Assembly (NCBI GenBank): GCA_027593235.1
Contig: JAQCIU010000001.1
Span: 32,001 to 96,000 of the forward strand
Source of the DNA: Chloroflexota bacterium
GTDB lineage: Bacteria > Chloroflexota > Dehalococcoidia > UBA2979
Length of the DNA stretch: 64,000 bases
Direction of reading: 5' to 3'
Shown one piece after another: positions 20,525-34,703 of this stretch (position 1 is the stretch's first letter; every line of letters begins with the position of its first letter). The notes under the pieces are model-generated. The model made no database searches. It saw only the letters and a list, made by a program, of their open reading frames with translations, and was not told the origin of the DNA. The position numbers were made by a program, and so were the translations under genes.

Positions 20525-20670
20525 GCTGGCATCAACCGGGTGGTCAATTGAGCGGGACAACCGGGTCGTCGTAGCGCTTGCTGTCCGGGATCGGCGCGCG
20601 ACTACCAGTCGACTGAAGCCGCCACGAGGACAGCGTCGCGGGCGCGCGTGCCCGCGACGCGTGTGACGGG

Positions 20671-21591
20671 TCAGGCCAGCGGCACGTAGAGGTCGGTTCG
20701 TACCTCATCGGGCGGGACCGTCATAGGGTCGCTGACGTACACCTCGTAGGTCACGCCGTCGCCGACGCGCTCGCCGCTGGCCGGCAACCATTCGCCCATG
20801 AACCGGGCCCAGGTATCGGGCAGTCCCTCGTACGGTCCGATATGGGTGGTGGATGCATACCGGCCGGCCGCGACCCGCTGCTCGACGACACCGTCCGGCA
20901 GCTTGAGGGATTCCGAAACGACCATCGCGGCATCGGAGCGCAGTTCGGCCTCGGGTGTTGTTTCCTGATCGTCGCGGTAGATCGCCATCATGCTCGGCCC
21001 GGGTTGATCGAGTGGGAGCTGACCAGCCTCGATGTAGCTGGCCAACTTCATCAGGGCCTCGGCGATCCGGTGGTATGCACCGATGTGCCTGACGGTGGCG
21101 ACCCTGAGTTCCGGCCGCTCTTCGATTTTGACATCCATACCTGGTGCTCCTTTCGCGAAGCGCACGTATCCCGGCCCGGGACGTTCCGGCCCGTAGTGGA
21201 TGGCTGAAGGGGTTGGGAGCTTCGTCGGGGTGAAGAGCAAGATCGGCACGGGTGCTTGCGTCTTGAACTCGGACGGGGACCGACCGTAGTGGGCACGAAA
21301 CGCTCGGGTGAAGGCCTCGTGGGTGTCGTAGCCCGCCGCGAACGCGGTGGTCGTCACCTCTTCTTCGGTGTGCGTGAGCTGCCAGGCCGCGCGCTCGAGC
21401 CGCAGCCGGCGATGGAGTTGGAGCGGGGTCTCGCCGAGCATCCCGCGGAAGACCCGATGGAAATGGAACGGGGACAATGCGGCTCCCTGGGTGAGCTGGT
21501 CGAGGTCGAGTGCGTGGTCGAGTGAGCCCGCGATGATCTCGACCGCGCTCTGCACCGCTCGTTCGTAGAACGACTGCGTTTCAGCTTTCAT
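20671..21591 (-). CDS. AraC family regulator with GyrI-like effector domain
   Basis: LSPFHFHRVFR, AGY..HEAFTRAFR..YGRSP, C-terminal H.GPYEGL..YEVY; TAGCTT-7 nt-ATG. Confidence 0.92.
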   Translation of the reverse strand: MKAETQSFYERAVQSAVEIIAGSLDHALDLDQLTQGAALSPFHFHRVFRGMLGETPLQLHRRLRLERAAWQLTHTEEEVTTTAFAAGYDTHEAFTRAFRAHYGRSPSEFKTQAPVPILLFTPTKLPTPSAIHYGPERPGPGYVRFAKGAPGMDVKIEERPELRVATVRHIGAYHRIAEALMKLASYIEAGQLPLDQPGPSMMAIYRDDQETTPEAELRSDAAMVVSESLKLPDGVVEQRVAAGRYASTTHIGPYEGLPDTWARFMGEWLPASGERVGDGVTYEVYVSDPMTVPPDEVRTDLYVPLA

Positions 21592-21802
21592 ACCGGCCAA
21601 GCTAGAGGGCGGAGCGCCGGCGTACTTGATTTGCGTTGCGGTTTGTCGTGGTGCTCGTGGTTCACGCCGATCGGCCGACCGACGGAGATGAATGCGCCGC
21701 GCTGCTGTTCTCGGCGTGCAGCCCCCCCCGCAGCGCAGACCTTCCGAGGGCGCCCGCATACACTGAGGCTCAACGTCCGGTTTGGTCCGTGGGAGGCGCG
21801 TG

Positions 21803-24466
<2,664 letters not shown>

Positions 24467-24478
<12 letters not shown>

Positions 24479-24506
24479 TTCTCCCTCGGGAGGCTTGCGG
24501 GGCGGG
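24467..24506 (+). repeat. 40-bp direct repeat, copy 1 (includes acnA stop)
   Basis: CTCGAGAGCTAG-TTCT-CCCTCGGGAGGCTTGCGGGGCGGG; 37/40 identical to 25000-25039. Confidence 0.85.
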
Positions 24507-24507
24507 T

Positions 24508-24954
24508 ATGGAGCGGTTCATCGATCTTGCTGGTCGCGAGGGTGAGCCAGCAGTACACGCACTGCTGGAGCAGGCTCAGATCCATCGGGCGCCTGAGGAT
24601 GTCGTTGGGCGGGGGGCTGCCATCGCGGCCGAATACGCCGAGTCCCCTGGGTTCTCGCTCTGGGGCCTGGAGCGGGATGGCGAGCTTCTAGCGGTGGCCG
24701 GCGTCGAACTGCGAGACGACCTGCTCTGGCTCTTCGATCTTGCCGTGCAAGTCGATCAGCGTCGGCGTGGAATCGGCGCGAGGCTGATCGACGCGCTCCG
24801 CAATCAGTATCCGGCCACCGCCATCAGCGGGCACACACTTCAGGTCGCCGCTTCGTTCTACGAGGCATTGGGTTTCGAAGTCACCACGGAGGGTGAAATG
24901 CCCGACGGTCGGAGCCAGCTGCGATTCACGTGGACTCCACCAGTCGGCAGCTAA
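24508..24954 (+). CDS. GNAT N-acetyltransferase
   Basis: LFDLAV..QRRRGIGARLI, FYEALGF; lies between the two 40-bp repeats. Confidence 0.82.
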   Translation: MERFIDLAGREGEPAVHALLEQAQIHRAPEDVVGRGAAIAAEYAESPGFSLWGLERDGELLAVAGVELRDDLLWLFDLAVQVDQRRRGIGARLIDALRNQYPATAISGHTLQVAASFYEALGFEVTTEGEMPDGRSQLRFTWTPPVGS

Positions 24955-24999
24955 CGCTGTCTACTCCGCTTCGCTGAGCTCGAGTCCTCGCCCCACCTA

Positions 25000-25039
25000 C
25001 TCGAGAGCTAGCTAGCCCTCGGGAGGCTTGCGGGGCGGG
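25000..25039 (+). repeat. 40-bp direct repeat, copy 2
   Basis: CTCGAGAGCTAG-CTAG-CCCTCGGGAGGCTTGCGGGGCGGG. Confidence 0.85.
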
Positions 25040-25065
25040 CGCCTCGGGAGTTGCGCCGAACACGA

Positions 25066-25093
25066 AAGAGCCGGGGCATTCACCCCGGCTCTT
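25066..25093. terminator. Probable bidirectional intrinsic terminator
   Basis: AAGAGCCGGGG-CATTCA-CCCCGGCTCTT between convergent genes. Confidence 0.75.
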
Positions 25094-25125
25094 CTGTTGC
25101 GTGCGTGCAGGCGCGGGCGCTAGCC

Positions 25126-26643
<1,518 letters not shown>

Positions 26644-26653
26644 GAGGCATAGA

Positions 26654-26679
26654 TAACCAATAATTTTGGTAACTGTCAA
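26654..26679 (-). promoter_or_regulatory. ino1 promoter (-35 TTGACA) with AT-rich palindrome in the spacer
   Basis: minus strand TTGACA-GTTACCAAAATTATTGGTTA-TCTATGCCTC-ATG; the -10 is non-canonical. Confidence 0.65.
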
Positions 26680-26771
26680 AGTTCGGGCGGGGGGCGTCCC
26701 GGGCTTGCTCGCGATCGTGGCCGTTCGGCCCTGCAGCGGTGCGGGTTCGTGCCTCGGAGCGGGGTGGGGCG

Positions 26772-27476
26772 CTAGGCCTCCGAGGCGGCGCGTTGCTCCG
26801 CTTCGCTGAGCCGTTCGAGGCCCTCGAGAATCAGGTCGAGCGCAAACACGAACTCGAAATCGCTGTCGCAGCCATCGCCGAGGATGTCGTCGCCGTGATC
26901 GATGACGGCCGCCATCTTCGACATGTTCGGGTACTGGGCCATGAGCTGCTGGATCATCAGCGCCGCGATCTCCGGGTTCTCGTCGATCGATCCGGACTCG
27001 TCGTACAGCTCCTGGGTGAAGCCGAGGATGCGGCTGCCGAGGACGTGCAACCCGTGGTGGGTCAGATCCGGTGACAGGCCACCATCAAGCAGGATGCCGA
27101 TCACGCGGTCGTAGTACTCCATCATCGCGGGGCTGACGTCTGGCCGGCTCTCGATCACGCGGGGCGCCCACTGGTGCTGGATCAGCACGGCGCGGGCGGC
27201 GAGTGCCTGGTTGCGCAGCGTCGTCTTCCAGTCGGGGTCGGTCGGTGTCTGCTCGATTTCGCTGACCATCAGGTCGACCACGCCGTTGAGCAGGTCTTCC
27301 TTGTTGGAGACGTGGTTGTAGAGCGACATCGCCTCGACGCCGAGCGCCTGACCGAGGCCGCGCATGCTGACGGCGTCGATGCCCTTGCGGTCGGCGAGGG
27401 CGATCGCGGCGCGCAGGATCCGCTCCCGGCTGAGCGGGGTGCGGGCCTCGGTTGTCGCTTCTTCGGAGGTGACCAT
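26772..27476 (-). CDS. TetR family transcriptional regulator
   Basis: LSRERILRAAIALADRKGIDAVSMRGLGQALGVEAMSLYNHV HTH; FEFVFALDLILEGL C-terminus. Confidence 0.93.
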   Translation of the reverse strand: MVTSEEATTEARTPLSRERILRAAIALADRKGIDAVSMRGLGQALGVEAMSLYNHVSNKEDLLNGVVDLMVSEIEQTPTDPDWKTTLRNQALAARAVLIQHQWAPRVIESRPDVSPAMMEYYDRVIGILLDGGLSPDLTHHGLHVLGSRILGFTQELYDESGSIDENPEIAALMIQQLMAQYPNMSKMAAVIDHGDDILGDGCDSDFEFVFALDLILEGLERLSEAEQRAASEA

Positions 27477-27587
27477 AAGGAATCCTCTGTCGTTGTCGCT
27501 CCTACAGGGTAAGTCTGCCGCGACCTGGGCACCTGTGGCTATTGCATTCGTGTTCGCCGGCCCGCCGAGGTCCGGTCGAAAGACCGG

Positions 27588-27662
27588 TTGACAGACTTAC
27601 GGTGTAGCCATACCTTACACCGTACATTTACATTGTATGTTTACGACGTAAGCAGATTACGA
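27588..27662 (+). promoter_or_regulatory. Sigma70 promoter overlapped by four TAC-N3-GTA operators
   Basis: TTGACA(27588)-17 bp-TACCTT(27611); TACggtGTA, TACaccGTA, TACattGTA, TACgacGTA at 27598, 27616, 27629, 27642. Confidence 0.75.
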
Positions 27663-27742
27663 CAGAGACACGCATCGGGGCCGACCCTCGGTCCACGACC
27701 CCGGCCTCACCGCCGTCGCGCAACTGAAAAGGAAATCCGCAG

Positions 27743-28048
27743 ATGCTTGCTTCACTTGGCCGCTGGTCATTCAAGAACCCCTGGCTCGTACTCGCGAGCT
27801 GGGTCGTCGTGCTGGTCGCCGTCTTCGGCTCCGTCGCGACCTTCGGCACTGCCTTCAGCAGCGCCTTCGAAATCCCGGACTCCGAGAGCCGCCGCGGCTT
27901 CGACGTCCTCGACAGCAACTTTGGCGGGTTTGGCAGCGGCCAGACCGGTTCGATCGTCTTCCGTACCGACCCGGACCTCGAGGGCGGCGTCGCCAATCCC
28001 GAGGTCCGGGCGGCGATGGAGCGGCTCTTCGCTGACGCCGCCGCCTGA
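27743..28048 (+). pseudogene. MMPL/RND family transporter, N-terminal fragment only
   Basis: LASLGRWSF.NPWLVLASWVVVLV, F.IPDSES..GFDVL..NF is an MMPL N-terminus but the ORF stops at 101 aa; AAGGA RBS. Confidence 0.75.
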
Positions 28049-28072
28049 ATGACCACGCAGGGGAGTAGCAGC

Positions 28073-29404
28073 ATGGCCCGGCCTTCCATCCGTGGCGTCG
28101 CGCTCGTCGCGGGTGCCGCGCTGACCGTTTCCACCCTCGCGCTCGGCTGCACCGCCGACCGCGATCGCGGCACGCCGACGCCCGTCCAATCGCCTACCTC
28201 CACCGCTCCCGCGCGCGCGGCGATCCCCACCTCCAGCGCCACACCCGGCTCGCGCACCGCGAGCCCGAGTCCATCCCCGCGCTCCACCCCTGAGCTGCCC
28301 CACCGCGTCACCTTCGCCGCCGGTGCAACCATCGATGTCGCGAACGCCGTTGTCTTCGCCAACCTCGACACCCTCGAGGCCGAGGCGTGGGTCATCCCCG
28401 GAGTTGGCGGAGAGGTTGTCGTCTCTCCAGCCGGCAGCTACGTGATCTACGCCACCACGGATGGATTCCGCTTGCTACGCACCGATACCGGGACCGTTCG
28501 CAACCTCGCGATCGGCGAGTCGCCCGCGGCACTCGGCCCCGGTGACACGGGTTTCATCGCCCGCGGACGCGATCGCTTCGTCGGTTCCCTCTTCGACGGC
28601 CAGGGTCGCTCCCGCCGCGACCTCTGGCTGAGCGACCCCGATGCACCGTTTGTCGCCTCGTGGGCCCCCGACGGCGAGGCGATCGCGATCGCTCAGATCG
28701 GTGGCCAGCTGACAACCGTCGCCGTGACGATCTGGCCCGAGCTGATGGGCGAACAGAGCGTTTCGTTCCGTCGCCCGGCCGTCGACGCCGAACCGCCATC
28801 CCTCGAATGGTCCCCCGACAGCCAGCGTCTCGCCGTGGTCACCGCGGATGCGGTCACTATGCTCGACCGCGATCGGAGCTGGCTCTGGACCATCGAAGGC
28901 GAGTTCTCAGGCAACCCTCGCTGGTCGCCGGAGGGCCGGTACCTGTCGGTGTTTGCGAAGCCCTCGGTGGTGGCCCGCGACGGCGGTGAGGCCGGCACGG
29001 TGTTCGCCACGTACGTCTTCACCAGCGACGGCGACGACGTACTCCGCTTTCCGGCCGGCGGCGCCTGCGAAGGCAACCCCTGGTTCGACGCCACCTCCTT
29101 CGCCGCCTTCTCCCACCGCGTCTACCTCGACGGCCGCGTCACCACCTACGAGGGCCCGTCGGCCGACCGTTGGGAGCGTCTCGAGGACCTGGGATTCGAG
29201 GTCGGTCCGGACGTCGGTTACCACTGGGCGCACATCGCCGCTCGCGATGCCTCGCACCGCCTCGAGGACGGCCGGCTCGTCTTCACGACCGTGAACGCGG
29301 GCCACGGCGGGTGCGGAGAGGGCAGCCCTCCGACCGAATGGCCCGCCGCCGAGGTCGATCGCCCGCCCTACGGCCCCGTCCGCGCCGCTCCCGCTGACCG
29401 ATAG
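28073..29404 (+). CDS. Lipoprotein with Pro/Thr/Ser linker and TolB/WD40-like propeller
   Basis: lipobox ALGC, repeats WAPDG/WSPDS/WSPEG; alternative start 28049. Confidence 0.7.
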   Translation: MARPSIRGVALVAGAALTVSTLALGCTADRDRGTPTPVQSPTSTAPARAAIPTSSATPGSRTASPSPSPRSTPELPHRVTFAAGATIDVANAVVFANLDTLEAEAWVIPGVGGEVVVSPAGSYVIYATTDGFRLLRTDTGTVRNLAIGESPAALGPGDTGFIARGRDRFVGSLFDGQGRSRRDLWLSDPDAPFVASWAPDGEAIAIAQIGGQLTTVAVTIWPELMGEQSVSFRRPAVDAEPPSLEWSPDSQRLAVVTADAVTMLDRDRSWLWTIEGEFSGNPRWSPEGRYLSVFAKPSVVARDGGEAGTVFATYVFTSDGDDVLRFPAGGACEGNPWFDATSFAAFSHRVYLDGRVTTYEGPSADRWERLEDLGFEVGPDVGYHWAHIAARDASHRLEDGRLVFTTVNAGHGGCGEGSPPTEWPAAEVDRPPYGPVRAAPADR

Positions 29405-29517
29405 CGAACGTCAGTGATCGATGGTCGTGGACGGCCGAGACGTGTCGCGAGGGCTGCGATCGGTCAACGGATCAATTACAGGTGTGGTACTGTCGCGGGC
29501 GAAGCAGGAGGAAGACG

Positions 29518-29754
29518 ATGGGAGTCCTATCCCGCGTTCGCAGCATGTTCGGTTCCGGGAAGAGCGCCGCGCCCGCAATTCCCGACGATCACGAGTGTCT
29601 GCACGGCACGCTCATGGGCCGGTGGGAACGCCCCGCCGACATGGGCGACGACAGCAAAGCCACCGCCTTTATCTGCAGCGCCTGCAACGAGAGCTTCTCG
29701 CCTCAAGAGGCCACCGAGGTCCGGCGCCGCGCCGTCGAGCGTCTCCGCCTCTAG
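29518..29754 (+). CDS. Small protein with CxH...CxxC (possible zinc ribbon)
   Basis: AGGAGG RBS, 78 aa, ECLH and CSAC. Confidence 0.7.
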   Translation: MGVLSRVRSMFGSGKSAAPAIPDDHECLHGTLMGRWERPADMGDDSKATAFICSACNESFSPQEATEVRRRAVERLRL

Positions 29755-29783
29755 CCGTCTCTTTAGGCTGAGCGACCGGGACG

Positions 29784-31106
29784 CTACGCGCCGCCACCGG
29801 CGGCGGTCGCTGCTGCACGCGCCTCGGTGTCCCGCGGCTCCTCGATCGCCACGTCGCCGGGAGGCGCGGGCGGCGTCGCGAGGATGAAGAAGATCGACCC
29901 GAGCCCGGCCATCACCGCCAGGATCGTGAACCCCACCTCGTAGTTCCCGAAGTGGTCGCGGAGCACGCCGGCCAGCAGCGGTCCGGAGATCATTCCCAGC
30001 ATCACAATCATCGATGAGAAGCCCATGATCGTGCCGAAGTTGGTCGGGCCGAAGTAGTCCGCGCGTAGCGACTGCATCAGCGGACCTCGGGCGCCCCAGG
30101 CGAGGCCGTGGAAGGGGACGAACGCCCAGATCATCAGCGTGTTGACCTGGTAGGTCAGCAGCAACAGGCCGATCATGTGACCGGCCATGCAGAGCGTGAC
30201 GATCGCTCGCTTGTTGAGCTGGTCGCCATAAAACCCACCCGCGAGCTGCCCGACGAGCTGCATCACCGGCAGCGCGCCGACGATGAAGCTCGCCCGCTGC
30301 AGGCTCATCCCGACAGCGTCGCTGGTTAGGTAGAGCGAGAGGTGCAGCATCAACGCACCAACTACCAGCAACGCGGAGGCGTGGCCGAGGCTGATCATCC
30401 AGAACGCCCGCGTGCGGAGTGCCTGCTTCGCGGTGAAGTCGACGCGGGTCAGGCCCTCGGGGGCTTCGTAGCCGTCGCCGATCTGGGTCTCGGGGTCGAT
30501 CCCGTCGGGGAACTCGCCAGAGTCGCGGGGCCGATGCCGGATGACGAAGGTCAGCGGCATGCCGACGCCGATCACGATCAGCCCGGAGACGAAGGCGGTT
30601 GCGCGCCAGCCCTCGCTCTCGAGGAAGAAGACCAGCAGCGGCGTCATCGCTCCGCCGATCGCGAAGCCAGTTTGTGAAACGGCGAGCGCGCGGCTGCGGA
30701 ACCGCTGGAACCAGTTGACGAGGGCGGTCGTGACGGAAAGGAAGCCACCGAGGCTCGCGCCGAGTGACATCAGGAAATAGAAGCCAAAGAACTCGACGAG
30801 GCTGTCGAGGGTGGCGAACAGCATGAAGCCGCCGCCCATCATCAGGATTCCGATCTGCATGATGCGGCGCGGGCCGAAGCGGTCGATCATCCAACCCTGG
30901 AGCGGGCCGAGCATGCCGCTTTCGGCGCGGGTCATGGCAAAGGCGATCGAGAGGGTGGTGGTGGACCAGCCGAACTGATCGCGGAGCAGGACGGAGTAGG
31001 AGCCGAAGGCCTGCATGAAGAGGCCACTCTGCATGGCCTGGATGGCGGCGCCGGCGCCGACGATGCGCCAGCCGTAGAACTTGAGGCGGGTACGCACGGA
31101 GTTCAT
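29784..31106 (-). CDS. MFS transporter (MCT/OFA-like)
   Basis: FYGWRIVG, GWMIDRFGPRR motif A, about 12 TM segments, ADYFG. Confidence 0.9.
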   Translation of the reverse strand: MNSVRTRLKFYGWRIVGAGAAIQAMQSGLFMQAFGSYSVLLRDQFGWSTTTLSIAFAMTRAESGMLGPLQGWMIDRFGPRRIMQIGILMMGGGFMLFATLDSLVEFFGFYFLMSLGASLGGFLSVTTALVNWFQRFRSRALAVSQTGFAIGGAMTPLLVFFLESEGWRATAFVSGLIVIGVGMPLTFVIRHRPRDSGEFPDGIDPETQIGDGYEAPEGLTRVDFTAKQALRTRAFWMISLGHASALLVVGALMLHLSLYLTSDAVGMSLQRASFIVGALPVMQLVGQLAGGFYGDQLNKRAIVTLCMAGHMIGLLLLTYQVNTLMIWAFVPFHGLAWGARGPLMQSLRADYFGPTNFGTIMGFSSMIVMLGMISGPLLAGVLRDHFGNYEVGFTILAVMAGLGSIFFILATPPAPPGDVAIEEPRDTEARAAATAAGGGA

Positions 31107-31233
31107 CGGTGGGCGAGCTTTCTTCGCCCGCGCCTGACGTGAGGAACCGTCGCCCTTGGAGCGGTGCAACTCGCTGGCGACGCGGCGGGGGATGTCCGCG
31201 GTTCGCGGCGAGCGAGGCGAGGGCGGGGTCCGT

Positions 31234-33798
31234 TCACTCAGCTCCGCTCGCTGCGAAGGCGCGGCACTTGATGGCGCGTTCGAGGTCGTCGTTCGCCTCG
31301 CGGAGCTTGCGCTGGAGTAGCGGGAGCCGATCGCCGAGGGAGTCGAGCAGCGCCTGCGAGCGTTCGAGGATTGCCGGGTCGACCGCGGACGGGAAGAGGC
31401 GTCCAAAGAAGAGCGAGGCCGGCTCGTTCTCGGAGGTCTCGAAGACGTTGGTGATCACCTCGAAGAAGCGTTCGACGTACGGCTCGAGCAGGTCGCGCTG
31501 CACCCACCACTGGAAGCCGCCCATGGCGGCGCCGGTGAGGTGGAGCGAGCCGTAGCCGTCGCCGAGGAACTTGTCCCAGGCGGCAGCCTTGACCGCGGCG
31601 TCGGGGACGGAGACCTCCGCGAGGAGCATCTGGCGCTGGCCGCGGTCGGAAGGATCGCGGGCCCGTTCCCCGTCGAGGCGGGACTGAGCGCCGGGGAGGC
31701 CATAAGCGACATAACGTTCGGCAATCGACCAGCGCATGTCCTGGTCGACGTTGAGGCCGGGGACGGAGATGGCGCCGTCGGCGAGACGGCCGCACTGCTC
31801 GATGTCCGCCGGGCTCAACGCGAGGCCGAAGAGCGCGCGGGCCCAGATGATCTGCAGATCGGGCTCGGTGGCGTCGCTCAGTACATGCCAGGCGAGTTCG
31901 AAGGCGTCGTGGGCCGCCGCGGCCTTCTGGTCCTCGGGGACGTAGCGGGCGACGGTGGCGTTCATCGTGGCGATCGTGGAGTCGACCAGTTCCTGGTCGG
32001 TCTCGGTGGCGATCTTGGCGCCGGCGAGGCTGAGGTAGTCAGGCGCCCGGAGCTGCTGGTCGCGGACCATGTTCCACAGCGACTGCCAGATGAGCTGGCG
32101 GAGCAGCGGGTCGTCGATGTCCTCAAGGCGTGCACGCACGAAGTCGAGCGACGCATCGTCGAGCGCGGTCTTGGCGAAGCCGTGGTCGTTGTAGTTCGGG
32201 AAGACGAAGTCAGGCGTGGCCATGCCGACGGCGTCGGGGACGTCGGCGGTAGCGGCCTCGATGACTGCGGGCAGTGCCTCGATGACGATTGCGCCGCCTT
32301 CATCGCGAGCGAGCGCGACCTCGACGGTGTGCGGGCGCAGCGTCGGGTAGTCGGCGGGCGCGGACTGTTCGAGGGTCATGGCGCTGATGCGCTCGCCGTC
32401 GGTCTCCCAGGTGGTGGCGATGGTGTTGAGCGAGGCCGTCTCGAGCCAGAGCTGGGCCCAGGCGTGGAGATCGCGTTCGTCGCCAACCGAGCGTGCGCCG
32501 GCCTCGAGGGCGTCGAGGAACTGGACCAGCGTGGTGTTGCCGTAGGCGTGGCGCTGGAAGTAGGTGCGCATGCCGTTGCGGAAGCCCTCGAGGCCGATTG
32601 TGGCGACGAGCTGCTTGATGACGGCGGCGCCCTTGCCGTAGGTGATGCCGTCGAAGTTCAGGAAGGTCTGGTCCGTATCGGCGACTTCGCCGGCGATCGG
32701 GTGCGTCGTGATGAGCTGGTCCTGGCGGTAGGCCCAGTTCTTCATGCCGGCGTTGAAGGTCTGCCACGCGCTGTCGAAGCGGGTGGCGCTGACCAGCGCG
32801 AGGTACGACATGTAGGTGGCGAAGCTCTCGTTCAGCCACAGATCGTTCCACCAGCGCATGGTGACGAGGTCGCCGAACCACATGTGCGCCATTTCGTGGA
32901 GGATCACCTCGGCGCGGTTGAGGCGCTGGTTCTCGGTCGGCGGGTCGCGGAAGACGAAGACCTCCGCGAAGGTCACGGCGCCGACGTTCTCCATCGCGCC
33001 GGCGTTGAACTCCGGGACGAAGATCTGGTCGTACTTGCCGAAGGGGTAGGGGTAGTCGAAGAACTCGGCGAAGAAGTCGAGGCCCTGCTTCGTGACGTCG
33101 AACAATTCGGCTTCGTCGATATGCGGGACGAGCGACTTGCGGGCGAAGAATCCGAGGTCGATGTCGCCGTGGGTGTCGCGGAAGGCGTGGTACGGACCGC
33201 AGATGAGGGCGAAGAGGTAGGTCGCGAACTGCTGGGTGCGCGCGAAGTCGTGGCGGATACGGCCGTCGGGAAGAGTCTGGCGAGTGGCCTCGGCGCTGTT
33301 GGCGACGACTTCCCATTCGGCGGGAGCGGTGACGCTGACCTGGTAGCTGGCCTTGATGTCCGGCTGATCGAAGCCGGGGAAGAGCCGGTGCGCGCTGTAC
33401 GGCTCGCAGTTGGTGTAGAGGTACTCCTCGCCGTCCTCGGGGTCCTTGAACTGGTGGAAGCCGTCGCCGGTGTGGTCGTACTCGTTCTCGTAAACGACGT
33501 GGACGACGTTGTCGGCGGCGAGCAGTTCCGCAGCGAGGGTGAGGCGGTGCCCGTTCCAGTCCGGGGCGGCGATTGTCTGGCCGTTGACCTGGAGGCTGAC
33601 GATTTCGTCGCCGGTGTGATCGAGGAAGGTGGCGCCGTTGCCGCTGCGGGCGAAGCGGATGGTGCATTCGCCGCGATAGCGGGGGGCGTTGCGGGTGAGA
33701 TCGAGCGAGAGGTCGTAGGCGACGCCGGAGATGGTGGCGGCGCGCGCCTCCGCATCGATCTGCGTCAGGACGTCGCGGGTGGCCGGCTCCGTGGTCAT
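31234..33798 (-). CDS. pepN: Aminopeptidase N (M1, actinobacterial type)
   Basis: GAMEN, HEMAHMWFGDLVTMRWWNDLWLNESFA, FDGITYGKG. Confidence 0.95.
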   Translation of the reverse strand: MTTEPATRDVLTQIDAEARAATISGVAYDLSLDLTRNAPRYRGECTIRFARSGNGATFLDHTGDEIVSLQVNGQTIAAPDWNGHRLTLAAELLAADNVVHVVYENEYDHTGDGFHQFKDPEDGEEYLYTNCEPYSAHRLFPGFDQPDIKASYQVSVTAPAEWEVVANSAEATRQTLPDGRIRHDFARTQQFATYLFALICGPYHAFRDTHGDIDLGFFARKSLVPHIDEAELFDVTKQGLDFFAEFFDYPYPFGKYDQIFVPEFNAGAMENVGAVTFAEVFVFRDPPTENQRLNRAEVILHEMAHMWFGDLVTMRWWNDLWLNESFATYMSYLALVSATRFDSAWQTFNAGMKNWAYRQDQLITTHPIAGEVADTDQTFLNFDGITYGKGAAVIKQLVATIGLEGFRNGMRTYFQRHAYGNTTLVQFLDALEAGARSVGDERDLHAWAQLWLETASLNTIATTWETDGERISAMTLEQSAPADYPTLRPHTVEVALARDEGGAIVIEALPAVIEAATADVPDAVGMATPDFVFPNYNDHGFAKTALDDASLDFVRARLEDIDDPLLRQLIWQSLWNMVRDQQLRAPDYLSLAGAKIATETDQELVDSTIATMNATVARYVPEDQKAAAAHDAFELAWHVLSDATEPDLQIIWARALFGLALSPADIEQCGRLADGAISVPGLNVDQDMRWSIAERYVAYGLPGAQSRLDGERARDPSDRGQRQMLLAEVSVPDAAVKAAAWDKFLGDGYGSLHLTGAAMGGFQWWVQRDLLEPYVERFFEVITNVFETSENEPASLFFGRLFPSAVDPAILERSQALLDSLGDRLPLLQRKLREANDDLERAIKCRAFAASGAE

Positions 33799-34025
33799 GG
33801 CGGTTCCTTCGATCACTCCCGTGCACGTCAGCGTGAACTACGCATGGTAGTACCGCGTCGCGGTTGCGAGCACGGCGCGTGGAAATGACGAGGCCGCGCC
33901 GACGCGAGAAGGGCGCGATTGCCGCCGGATCGGGCTCGCGTGGGCGCCGCGCGCGGCACGAGGGTCTCGTCAGTCCTGTAGATTACGGGCGATATCAACT
34001 AATCCCGCACATGCGAGGGGGAGCG

Positions 34026-34439
34026 ATGGCTTCAGCAGACGAGATCCGTGGGCGCATTGACGCGGGGCGCGCGGCGCTCAAGGCGGCGCTGGAGGCGGCC
34101 GACGCCTCGAAGTGGGAACAGGTCGGCGCCGGAAACGACGAATGGACACCGCGAAAGATCGCTGAGCACGCGATTGGCGCGGAACGCGGCATCGCGGGCG
34201 GTGTCGCGGGCGCGATGATGGGCAAAGCACCGGAACGCCTGGAGCTGGCGCTGACGACGCCGGCCGAGGCGATGGCGGCGCTGGAAGCCGCCGTGGCCGA
34301 CGTGAACAAGGTGATCCGCTACGTGGAGGACCGCGACCTGGAGAAGAAGGTGGGGGAGAGCTCCACGATCCAGGGGATGATGGAGATCCTGGCGTCTCAC
34401 GCGGCCGATCACGCGAACGAGATCACGGCTTCGGCCTAA
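34026..34439 (+). CDS. DinB-like protein
   Basis: WTPRKIAEH and H..DH motifs; GGGGGAG RBS. Confidence 0.75.
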   Translation: MASADEIRGRIDAGRAALKAALEAADASKWEQVGAGNDEWTPRKIAEHAIGAERGIAGGVAGAMMGKAPERLELALTTPAEAMAALEAAVADVNKVIRYVEDRDLEKKVGESSTIQGMMEILASHAADHANEITASA

Positions 34440-34703
34440 CAACCCGCCGCGTCCGGTAGCGCTGCGTGCCGCCTCGTGGGGGGTGGTGCGCGGCTGCTGC
34501 GGTCCGTGGCGCGCATCGCGTCTTGCCGGCCACGTTTCGAGGAGCCGCCTTGAGACGCTCGGCTGCGGGCATCCAGGACATCATCGTCCGAGCGGGTGCT
34601 CCAACCCCGGGCTCCCCGCGAGCTGTGGGGGTCCACGGCACCTGCCATCGGTCTCTGCTCTCGGGCGCGCAGTCCGTTGCAGGGTCATGCGTGCGGTGCG
34701 TGG

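Noticed and set aside
27572-27587. CCGGTC-GAAA-GACCGG as a c-di-GMP-I riboswitch
   Set aside because: Flanking GGCAAA and GACGCAAA elements and the second stem are absent; it lies upstream of the -35
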